This document shows, one piece after another, positions 1 to 7,915 of a stretch of 32,605 nt of DNA. The notes under the pieces are model-generated. The model was not told where the DNA came from. It saw only the letters and a list, made by a program, of their open reading frames with translations, and did no database searches. Numbering within the stretch: the stretch's first letter is position 1; the number at the start of each line of letters is the position of its first letter. The DNA lies in the NCBI GenBank assembly GCA_044347385.1, contig JBIKUW010000002.1:1-32605 (forward strand), given 5' to 3'. This DNA is from Rickettsiales bacterium (lineage in GTDB: Bacteria; Pseudomonadota; Alphaproteobacteria; Rickettsiales; CAIPFW01). The position numbers and the translations under genes were made by a program.

Positions 1-1017
1 AAAGTTTGTAAATCCATAGCAGATGCTGTAGATTTCTCTAAAAATTTATTCAAAAAAGAAAGATTAGTTACAAATCAAACAAGTAAAGAGGGTCAATTTA
101 TAAGTGCTCTTTATTGCGAAGCTGGATGTGCGATTAGTAAGGAATTTTATTTAAGTATGATTGTTGATCGTGAGAGTAATTCTGTGAGTCTTGTTGTTTC
201 AACAGAAGGTGGCATGGATATTGAAGAAGTTGCTCACGATACTCCTGAGAAAATACATGTTATGAATGTTGATTTTATCAGTGGATACATGCCTTTTCAT
301 ACTAAAAAACTTTGTGATTTTCTTAACTTAGATTTAAAAAAATATTCAAAAAAATTACATCATCTTGTTTCAAAATTATATAGTTTTTTTGTATCAATGG
401 ATTTGAGTATGCTTGAAATAAATCCATTGGTTCTTACAAATGGAACGGATGAAGATCCTGATGGGGATTTTGTTGTTTTAGACGCAAAAGTGAATGTTGA
501 TGATAATGGTTTATTTCGTCATAAAGATATCATTGCGATGAGAGATAAAACTCAGGAAGATTGTTTAGAAAGTAAAGCTCGTGACTGCAATCTTAGTTAT
601 GTTAAATTAGATGGTTCAATAGGTTGTATGGTGAATGGTGCTGGACTTGCGATGGCTACTATGGATATTATTCAATTATATGGTTCCGAGCCAGCAAATT
701 TTTTGGATGTTGGTGGTGCAGCTGATTTAGAAAGTGTTAAGATTGCTCTTGGAATAATTTTAGAAGACAGGGATGTTAAAGCAATTTTGATTAATATTTT
801 TGGTGGTATAGTTAGATGCGATATTATTGCAAATGCAATTGTTGGAGCAAGCAAATCTTTACTTAATGAAGGAAAATCTTTGCCTACTATGGTTGTTAGG
901 CTTGCTGGTACTAAATCTGATTTAGGTCTAGAAATTTTATCTGAATCTGGTTTGAATATTGTGACAGCTGATGATTTAGATGATGCTGCTAAAAAAGTTG
1001 TTAATTTGGTAAAATAG
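1..1017 (+). CDS. sucC: Succinyl-CoA synthetase beta subunit, 5'-truncated by the window edge
   Basis: Frame 1 is open from base 1 (KVCKSIADAVDFSKNLF...), so the ORF-track Met at 157 is internal. It carries typical SucC motifs GCMVNGAGLAMATMD, PANFLDVGGAA and INIFGGIVRCD. sucD follows 3 nt downstream. Confidence 0.95.
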   Translation, partial: KVCKSIADAVDFSKNLFKKERLVTNQTSKEGQFISALYCEAGCAISKEFYLSMIVDRESNSVSLVVSTEGGMDIEEVAHDTPEKIHVMNVDFISGYMPFHTKKLCDFLNLDLKKYSKKLHHLVSKLYSFFVSMDLSMLEINPLVLTNGTDEDPDGDFVVLDAKVNVDDNGLFRHKDIIAMRDKTQEDCLESKARDCNLSYVKLDGSIGCMVNGAGLAMATMDIIQLYGSEPANFLDVGGAADLESVKIALGIILEDRDVKAILINIFGGIVRCDIIANAIVGASKSLLNEGKSLPTMVVRLAGTKSDLGLEILSESGLNIVTADDLDDAAKKVVNLVK

Positions 1018-1020
1018 AAT

Positions 1021-1935
1021 ATGGGTATTTTAATAAATAAAGATACAAAAGTAATATGTCAAGGTATTACTGGCGCTCAGGGTACATTTCATACGCAAGG
1101 TTCTTTAGATTATGGAACTAAAATGGTTGGTGGCGTTACTCCTGGGAAAGGTGGTCAAAAACACCTAGGGCTGAATGTTTTCAATAGTATTTATGAAGCA
1201 AAAAGGGAAACAGAAATTGATGCTACCATGATTTATGTTCCAGCTCCTATGGTGAAGGATGCGATTTTTGAAGCAATAGATGCAGAGATTGGCGTTATAG
1301 TTTGTATTACTGATGGCGTTCCTGCTCATGATATGATAGAAGTTAGGAAAGCTTTAATGGTTAATAAGCATATATCGTTTATAGGGCCAAATTGCCCTGG
1401 ATTGATAAATCCCAGCGCAAGGTGTAAAATTGGAATTATGCCTGGATATATACATTCTTATGAAGGAAATGGTCCTAGAATTGGGATAGTTTCGCGTTCT
1501 GGTACATTAACTTACGAAGCTGTTGCACAAACAACTATGGCTGGTTTTAGACAGTCGACTTGTGTTGGAATAGGCGGAGATCCTGTTCATGGGCTTGGCT
1601 TTGTTGATGTTGTAAAGATGTTTTTAGATGATGATGAAACTGATGCAATAGTTATGATTGGTGAGATTGGCGGCTCTGAGGAAGAGAATGTTGCTGATTT
1701 TATTAAAAGCTATAATGTAAAAAAACCTGTTGTTGGTTTCATAGCTGGCTCTACTGCTCCAGCTGGTAGAAGAATGGGCCATGCAGGTGCTATTATTTCT
1801 GGAGGAAAAGGTTCTGCTGCTGATAAAATAAAGCATTTATCTGCCTGTGGTATAAATATGGCATTGAATCCTGCGAAAATAGGAGAAAAAACGTCTGAAG
1901 TTTTAAATTATTTTCCTAGTAAAAAAGTGTGCTAG
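1021..1935 (+). CDS. sucD: Succinyl-CoA synthetase alpha subunit
   Basis: 304 aa with [13 protein letters not shown] (CoA-binding N-terminus), [10 protein letters not shown] and the phosphohistidine loop [14 protein letters not shown]. It is in the canonical sucC-sucD arrangement. Confidence 0.95.
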   Translation: MGILINKDTKVICQGITGAQGTFHTQGSLDYGTKMVGGVTPGKGGQKHLGLNVFNSIYEAKRETEIDATMIYVPAPMVKDAIFEAIDAEIGVIVCITDGVPAHDMIEVRKALMVNKHISFIGPNCPGLINPSARCKIGIMPGYIHSYEGNGPRIGIVSRSGTLTYEAVAQTTMAGFRQSTCVGIGGDPVHGLGFVDVVKMFLDDDETDAIVMIGEIGGSEEENVADFIKSYNVKKPVVGFIAGSTAPAGRRMGHAGAIISGGKGSAADKIKHLSACGINMALNPAKIGEKTSEVLNYFPSKKVC

Positions 1936-1943
1936 TTTAAATG

Positions 1944-1966
1944 TAAGAATTAAATATTAATTCTTA
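1944..1966. repeat. AT-rich inverted repeat between convergent genes; possible bidirectional terminator hairpin
   Basis: TAAGAATTAA-ATA-TTAATTCTTA forms a 10 bp stem with a 3 nt loop. It lies between the sucD stop (1935) and the stop of the minus-strand methyltransferase (1991). The stem has only one G:C pair, so it is weak. Confidence 0.25.
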
Positions 1967-1990
1967 ACTTGTTTGTACTAATTTTGCCAA

Positions 1991-3100
1991 TTAATTGGTG
2001 TTTTTACTGAATAGAACTTTAAATAAGTTCCCAATCGAGGTTTCTTCCTCGATTGAGTATAGTTTTTCGATATTTTGATTGAATTGTTTAATTTGGTCGA
2101 TGTTTAGAAGTTTTAAAAATTCGTGTTGTGTGTAGAATTTATTCTCACAATTTATTAAATTATCAATAATTATTTCGAAATTTACATGTGCTGAAATATC
2201 ATAATTCTTAATATCGTTAATAATTTTATTAATATTTTTACCAAATTTATTACTTTTGAAATAATCATTCTCGTTGTGAATTATATCATTGTTGATATCA
2301 TTATTTTTTTTGTGTTTATATATTGTTTGTAGTGTGGATTTTCCATGAAAAATATTATATCCATAATCAATTATCAAAGATATTCCTTTGTTTTTTTCTA
2401 GCAAATAGTTAATATATTTACTTATATTAATTGTAGGTGTTGAAATTTCAATAATATTATTAATATTTAAATAATTTTTTTTTATGAAATGGTGTGAATG
2501 AGATAAATTTTTACTTAGACATAAAAAAAATTCATCTATATTCTCATTGTAGTTAATAAGAATCTCAAACAATCCATTATTTGAGAAAAAAAATTGATTG
2601 ATTGGTAGACAATCAAAAAATTCATTGCTAATAAAAAAAACTGGTTTGTTAGTATTTATTAATCCTACATCTGAGACCCAATTAATATTTATTAATTCAT
2701 TGGCAACTGATTTTAACCTATTTTGTTGTATTTTTGTTAATAAATTGCTATTTTCTACTATATAAAATGTGATTTTTTTTGCGAATTCTGGAATTTGCAA
2801 AATAATATTCATTATTGAATTTATAAATTCTCCATTTCCAGCGCCTAACTCGATAATAGATATTTCTTGATTTGTAAAATATTTAAGCCATAGATTGTAT
2901 ATCCAAGCTCCAATTAATCCACCAAATGATTTTGATATTTGTGGAGAGGTAATAAAATCTTCACCAATCTTATGGTTTTCATAATATCCAAGTGATTTGT
3001 GATAGCTGATTGCAACCATAAATTCAGCTACTGTAATTGGACCTTTTTGTTTTATTAAATATTTAACATAATTTTCTAAAGAAGTTAAATTATTAATCAT
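1991..3100 (-). CDS. SAM-dependent methyltransferase, DUF185 / MidA / NDUFAF7-like
   Basis: 369 aa. The N-terminal region (ITVAEFM...YY...DFITSPQIS..FG) and the SAM-binding IIELGAGNGEF motif match the DUF185 family, the alphaproteobacterial homologues of mitochondrial NDUFAF7. It carries an N/K-rich insertion (KHKKNNDINNDIIHNENDYFKSNKFGKNINK). Confidence 0.75.
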   Translation of the reverse strand: MINNLTSLENYVKYLIKQKGPITVAEFMVAISYHKSLGYYENHKIGEDFITSPQISKSFGGLIGAWIYNLWLKYFTNQEISIIELGAGNGEFINSIMNIILQIPEFAKKITFYIVENSNLLTKIQQNRLKSVANELININWVSDVGLINTNKPVFFISNEFFDCLPINQFFFSNNGLFEILINYNENIDEFFLCLSKNLSHSHHFIKKNYLNINNIIEISTPTINISKYINYLLEKNKGISLIIDYGYNIFHGKSTLQTIYKHKKNNDINNDIIHNENDYFKSNKFGKNINKIINDIKNYDISAHVNFEIIIDNLINCENKFYTQHEFLKLLNIDQIKQFNQNIEKLYSIEEETSIGNLFKVLFSKNTN

Positions 3101-3105
3101 AATAT

Positions 3106-4842
3106 TTATTCTTCCTCTTCGGAGAATTTTATATCTTTGTGATTTTTGAGATAAAAATTACAATATTGATTGCTTTTTTGTATTAAGTTTGCATGATTTC
3201 CTTTGCAAATTAGTTTTCCATCCTCAAAAAATAGAATTTCTGGTATCTCTTCGCATTTGAAAGTACTGTTCGTAATTATAATCAATATCCTGTCTATCAA
3301 GTTTGATATCAGCATTTCTTTTATGTTTTTTACGATGTAATTATCTTCATCTATATCAGTAAAATCGATGATTATTATGTGTCCATCGCTTAAAAGCGCT
3401 CTTGTTAATGAGATTTGGAATTTTTCTAATGGAGAAAATTGCGTTTCATTATCTATCATTGTGTAGTATCCAACTTTAGATGATGCAATATAGTCGTATA
3501 AATATGATAATTTACATGCTTTTATTATTACATCATCAGATATTTGCGAGTTTTCTGGCAATATATTTCTTTTAATAGTGTCATTGTGTATTTGAATATC
3601 GCAGCTAATTGTTACTATAATGTTTTTCAATGTCTCCTGATTAAATTTTGATATATCTGCATCATTTATAAGAATTTCTCCATTTTCTCTCTCTACATAT
3701 TTGTTTTCGAAATATTTTCTAATTAATGATATATCGTTACTTTCAGAAAGTATAATAGTGGCGTTTTTTATCTTTGTTGAGAAGTTTATTTGCTCTAATA
3801 AACCATGTTTAGATTTTAGTTTAACATTTTGAAATGAGAAACTTTCAACAGAAGTTTGATTCCTTACATCATTTTCTTTTTCAGTACTTTTGTCTAGGAG
3901 TGGGATATTATTTTGCGATATTATACTAAATATATTTCTATCAAATAAATTATTGATTAGTTTTTGTGAATATAAATAAAATATTATGTTGTATAGTACA
4001 AAGCTTACGCATTCATTTAATTTTATATTCAAAATTTTAAAATTATCTAGTGCAAGATATGATATTGATGCAATATAGAATATTTTTATTATTAAAGATA
4101 ATGTTTCAAGAAGAGTTTTTTTAAGGAAAATTTTGTTAAATATATTTTTAATTATTGCTAGATTTGTTGATATATTTTGTTTATATTCTTGATTTGACTC
4201 TGTTATATTTGTGCTTTCAATTTGATTTATTGCAGATTGATTAATTATGAGAAAATTTTTATCTATATTGTCAAGAATTTTTTTCTCAATTTGAATTTTA
4301 TTATTTTGACTTATAAATATCAAAGCCAGGAGTGAAAATGAGATTGAAAATATTGCGATGTTATTGATATTAAAATTGTAAAATAGTGATAAAAGTATGA
4401 AAAATAAAGCTGCAAGAGATTTTGAGAAGTTTGATACTATTGTAAAATAATTTTTATTTGTTTCATTTGCTAATATATTAATCTCCCATTGGAATTTTAG
4501 TATATTATCAAGTTGTTGATTTTTTCCAAAAATTTCTTTATTTTGTGGTAATGAAGTAAAAAATCTGAAGAGGTTCTTATTAAATATTTTGTAAAATCTG
4601 TATTTGCTATAAAAGATTTCAGTGACATATAAGATAAATTTAAGTCCAATTAGTCCAAGAATTAGGTTGAATACTATACTGAACGTGGAGTTTTTTATAA
4701 AAAATATTATTTCATAATTTGCTAGATATATTATTGTGTTATCAATACTAAATACAATTAACAGTAAAATTATCGTTGTGAATGTAATTATTTTTTTATC
4801 AAGGAAAAAGTTGTGTAAAATTTTTAAATGTTTGATAATCAT
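3106..4842 (-). CDS. ABC exporter-type half-transporter (TMD-NBD) with fully degenerate ATPase motifs
   Basis: 578 aa, with a hydrophobic N-terminal half and an NBD-like C-terminal half collinear with MsbA-type NBDs. The Walker A position reads LSESNDIS (3727-3750), not GxxGxGKS/T. The signature reads FSPLEK, not LSGGQ. Walker B reads IIIIDFTD, so the catalytic E is F. The H-loop reads IIITNST, so H is N. Confidence 0.7.
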   Translation of the reverse strand: MIIKHLKILHNFFLDKKIITFTTIILLLIVFSIDNTIIYLANYEIIFFIKNSTFSIVFNLILGLIGLKFILYVTEIFYSKYRFYKIFNKNLFRFFTSLPQNKEIFGKNQQLDNILKFQWEINILANETNKNYFTIVSNFSKSLAALFFILLSLFYNFNINNIAIFSISFSLLALIFISQNNKIQIEKKILDNIDKNFLIINQSAINQIESTNITESNQEYKQNISTNLAIIKNIFNKIFLKKTLLETLSLIIKIFYIASISYLALDNFKILNIKLNECVSFVLYNIIFYLYSQKLINNLFDRNIFSIISQNNIPLLDKSTEKENDVRNQTSVESFSFQNVKLKSKHGLLEQINFSTKIKNATIILSESNDISLIRKYFENKYVERENGEILINDADISKFNQETLKNIIVTISCDIQIHNDTIKRNILPENSQISDDVIIKACKLSYLYDYIASSKVGYYTMIDNETQFSPLEKFQISLTRALLSDGHIIIIDFTDIDEDNYIVKNIKEMLISNLIDRILIIITNSTFKCEEIPEILFFEDGKLICKGNHANLIQKSNQYCNFYLKNHKDIKFSEEEE

Positions 4843-4848
4843 AGTACT

Positions 4849-5565
4849 CTACAATATAGTTCTTGCTAAGGTAATTAATTTTACTGATTTTGCGTTGTGT
4901 AATTTTAGTAATTTTGCGCATTCATTACTGGTTGCGCCAGTTGTTATTACATCATCTATTAATAAAATATTTTTGTTTTCTATTATGTTATGATTCTTAA
5001 TTATAAAAGAATTTTCTACATTTGTAAATCTATCTTTAGATTGTCTGGTATGCTGTGCTTTAGTGTTAATTTTTTTATAAAGTATATTTTTTTTAATTTC
5101 TATCTTGGTTCTTACTGATATATTTTCAGCTAATACGATGCTTTGATCAAATCCACGAAGAAATTTTTTAATCCAATGAAGCGGTATTGGTATTATTATG
5201 TCTATTGAATAAAAGAATTCTTGGTCATTGCAAATAAGGTTTGTCAGTTTGTTATATATATAGTTGCTATTTTTTTGTTTTAGATTGATTATCAAATCTC
5301 GCCCTATATTTTTATACAAGAATATTGATTTTACCACGTCCAAATGCCAGTTATTTTTTGAAATGCATTTCAGACAAATATTTCGTGTTATACGACTATT
5401 CTGTGGTTCGCCACATTTTTGACAACTATTTGATATAAAATGTATTTGTCTATAGCAAGCTTCGCAAAAAGTTGAGTTTTTGTTTACTTGTTTATCACAT
5501 GTAATACAGCTCTGATATCGCAGTGAATTTGTATTAAACAAATTAAAATTTAGATTTTGTACCAA
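4849..5565 (-). CDS. comF: ComF family protein (phosphoribosyltransferase-like, ComFC-type)
   Basis: 238 aa. The N-terminus has CxxC pairs (CITCDK..CEACY..CQKCG..CLKC). The C-terminus has the PRTase motif ILLIDDVITTGATSNE. Its first 23 nt overlap the end of the upstream porin gene. Confidence 0.8.
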   Translation of the reverse strand: MVQNLNFNLFNTNSLRYQSCITCDKQVNKNSTFCEACYRQIHFISNSCQKCGEPQNSRITRNICLKCISKNNWHLDVVKSIFLYKNIGRDLIINLKQKNSNYIYNKLTNLICNDQEFFYSIDIIIPIPLHWIKKFLRGFDQSIVLAENISVRTKIEIKKNILYKKINTKAQHTRQSKDRFTNVENSFIIKNHNIIENKNILLIDDVITTGATSNECAKLLKLHNAKSVKLITLARTIL

Positions 5566-6859
5566 AGACTAGTACCCAACCATTGTTATCATGTCTTTTC
5601 TCATCATGAATAATGCTATTGTTGTCTTTCACGATAAATTTATTTATTTCTGCATATGGAACAACTAAGTCATTGAATAACTTATAGTCTAGTGCTAAAG
5701 ATACGTTGTGAAACTCAGAATGCCCTGAATTTCCATTTGTAGATGGTCTAGAAGTTGTACTAGTTGCTGAATCTTGCGCATAGTTTTGTCCATAGACACT
5801 TTTAAAATACGACAGACTTACATTCGCTTTTTCATTTATATTGTATGCAGCTGCAATATCAAAGTAGTGGGTATGCTTAGGTTTGGTAAATCCTGTTAAA
5901 TTTATATTCGTTGGTATATTATGCAATAATCCAGATTTACCCCATAAACCAACACTTCCTCCCAATGAAATTGATTGGTATTTTATAATTGCTCCAAAAT
6001 TTAATGCATTTAGATCAGATAAATCTGAAAATTCAAAAGATGTATTATAAGGGTTTTTTGCTGGTGTTCCATGTTCCCCAAGGAATGATAATTTTATATT
6101 TGTGTCTTCATTTATATTGTGATCATACAGTGCTCCAACTTTAATTATATTTTTATAGTTAAAGAAATCATTTTCAATATTAGTGTGATAAGTTCTTGGG
6201 GAGAATGCTGCTCCGATTGTTAGGCCATCAATTGGTTTTATATAGTATGCTAAGTTTGCTGAATCTACATCGCCACCAAAAGTTTCTGCTGTGTCATAAG
6301 ATGTTAAAATGTTGTTTAATGCTAAATTTTCCCTTGTGTCATTAAATATTGAGAGAGATGTGTTGATAGATCGATCCCATGCTCCGTCACTGCCGCTTTT
6401 GATCCAGTAGGTGTTTACCAATAAATTATCTTGTATTTTGCTATAACTTGACAATTCAATGCTTCCATAAGTTTTGTTTTCAAGTTTTGCTGTAGTTCTA
6501 AATCTTATCTTGTTACTAAATTTTTTTTTGATATTAAAGTTAGATGAAAACTTATTTTCGTCATCTAGTTCGTTTTGGTATAAAAAGTTTATAGCTCCCT
6601 CAGCTTCAGTTTTTCCATTAGAATCGGTGATGTTATAAATTTCTTCTTGTGGTGTGTTAGACCAGAAAAAATGAAAATATCCATTAATGCCTAGTGGCCC
6701 AACTGATATTTTTGAATATTTTTGATCAACTATTTGCTCTGGTTTCTCATCAATATTGTCTTTTACTCCACCGAATATTTTATTCAAATTGGTGTTTGCA
6801 TTTATGTTATTACTCGAGAGTGTGAGTATAATTGAAAATACAGCGATGAGTTTTTTCAT
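5543..6859 (-). CDS. Outer-membrane beta-barrel porin
   Basis: 438 aa with a signal peptide MKKLIAVFSIILTLSSNNINA and a C-terminal aromatic residue (...FGTKSKF). The alternating hydrophobic pattern and abundant G/Y/N/S are typical of alphaproteobacterial porins. No specific family was recognised. Confidence 0.65.
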   Translation of the reverse strand: MKKLIAVFSIILTLSSNNINANTNLNKIFGGVKDNIDEKPEQIVDQKYSKISVGPLGINGYFHFFWSNTPQEEIYNITDSNGKTEAEGAINFLYQNELDDENKFSSNFNIKKKFSNKIRFRTTAKLENKTYGSIELSSYSKIQDNLLVNTYWIKSGSDGAWDRSINTSLSIFNDTRENLALNNILTSYDTAETFGGDVDSANLAYYIKPIDGLTIGAAFSPRTYHTNIENDFFNYKNIIKVGALYDHNINEDTNIKLSFLGEHGTPAKNPYNTSFEFSDLSDLNALNFGAIIKYQSISLGGSVGLWGKSGLLHNIPTNINLTGFTKPKHTHYFDIAAAYNINEKANVSLSYFKSVYGQNYAQDSATSTTSRPSTNGNSGHSEFHNVSLALDYKLFNDLVVPYAEINKFIVKDNNSIIHDEKRHDNNGWVLVFGTKSKF

Positions 6860-6962
6860 TACAAAGATAAATATTTATAATATAATTAATGAATTATAAA
6901 TAATTTATTTTATAAATAAAGCATAAAAAGTAGAATTTTTTATTTAAATTTAAGCTTATAGT

Positions 6963-7589
6963 TTATTCGTTATTTTCTATCTTCATTCTATCATGAAAAA
7001 CTTTTGCATACATTATCGTATTCTCTAATTGTTCATTGGTGCAAAGACCAAGTACAACAGGGCTTCTTGGCTTCAAGTTTTTCATTCCTTTGTAAGTTTT
7101 GTCTTTTATTGTTTGTATAGTATTTTTTGTTGTGCCAATTAATTTCATAATTTGATTATCTGATATATAAGGATAATTTTTTATTATCCAAGCTATTGCA
7201 TCAGGCTTATCTTTCTTTTTAGTAATAGTTACATATTTTGATTTGCTTTGTTTAGAGGCTAATTTTATTGCTAATGCATTATATGCTGGTAAAGATAATT
7301 GTTTAGATGGATCTTTGCTACATAACTCTATAGTATTCTCATCTAATAATTGCATCAATATTGGGTTATACGGTGTAATTTTTTCTCCAGTTTCATCATT
7401 GGCTAAAGCTTCTATTTCAAGAGGATGCAATCCACAAAAACTTGCTATCTGCTTAAAGCTAATTGCTGTATTTTCTATTAACCATAATGCGATTCCTTTC
7501 CATGACTTATTTTGATTATAGTGATTAAGCGTCTCATCAAGATTATCTTCTAAATGTTTGTTTTTGTTCTTTAAGTTTATGGACTCCAT
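6963..7589 (-). CDS. DUF1013 family protein (TrcR-like cell-cycle regulator of alphaproteobacteria)
   Basis: 208 aa. The conserved blocks ISFKQIASFCGLHPLEIEALANDE, ITPYNPI and KPDAIAWIIKNYP...IMKLIGTTKNTIQTIKDKTY match my memory of the alphaproteobacteria-specific DUF1013 family. Confidence 0.65.
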   Translation of the reverse strand: MESINLKNKNKHLEDNLDETLNHYNQNKSWKGIALWLIENTAISFKQIASFCGLHPLEIEALANDETGEKITPYNPILMQLLDENTIELCSKDPSKQLSLPAYNALAIKLASKQSKSKYVTITKKKDKPDAIAWIIKNYPYISDNQIMKLIGTTKNTIQTIKDKTYKGMKNLKPRSPVVLGLCTNEQLENTIMYAKVFHDRMKIENNE

Positions 7590-7755
7590 ATTAACCTCAA
7601 ATCTTATTTATTATATAGTTGGTTATATTATAACAACAATTTTATTGTATCAGATAATATTTATTTATCTATATTTGTATCAATTTTGTTATAAAGCAAG
7701 AATTTTTTAACAAGTTAAATAAACTAATAGTAATTATTAATTATTTATTCAGGAG

Positions 7756-7840
7756 CGGACGGAGTCGGATTCGAACCCACGGTGAGTTGCCCCACGCCGG
7801 TTTTCAAGACCGGTGCCTTAAACCGCTCGGCCATCCGTCC
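7756..7840 (-). tRNA. tRNA-Ser (anticodon UGA)
   Basis: The reverse complement reads GGACGGA-TG-GCC-GAGCGGTTTAA-GGC-A-CCGGT-CTTGAAA-ACCGG-C-GTGGG-GCAA-CTCAC-C-GTGGG-TTCGAAT-CCGAC-TCCGTCC-G. It has a 7 bp acceptor stem, a long variable arm (class II) and anticodon TGA. CCA is not encoded. Confidence 0.9.
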
Positions 7841-7915
7841 AAGAACAATTATATATTTGTTGAATGAATATGCAAGTGAAAAATCAATTTTATTTACAAT
7901 TTTTAAATCAAGATA

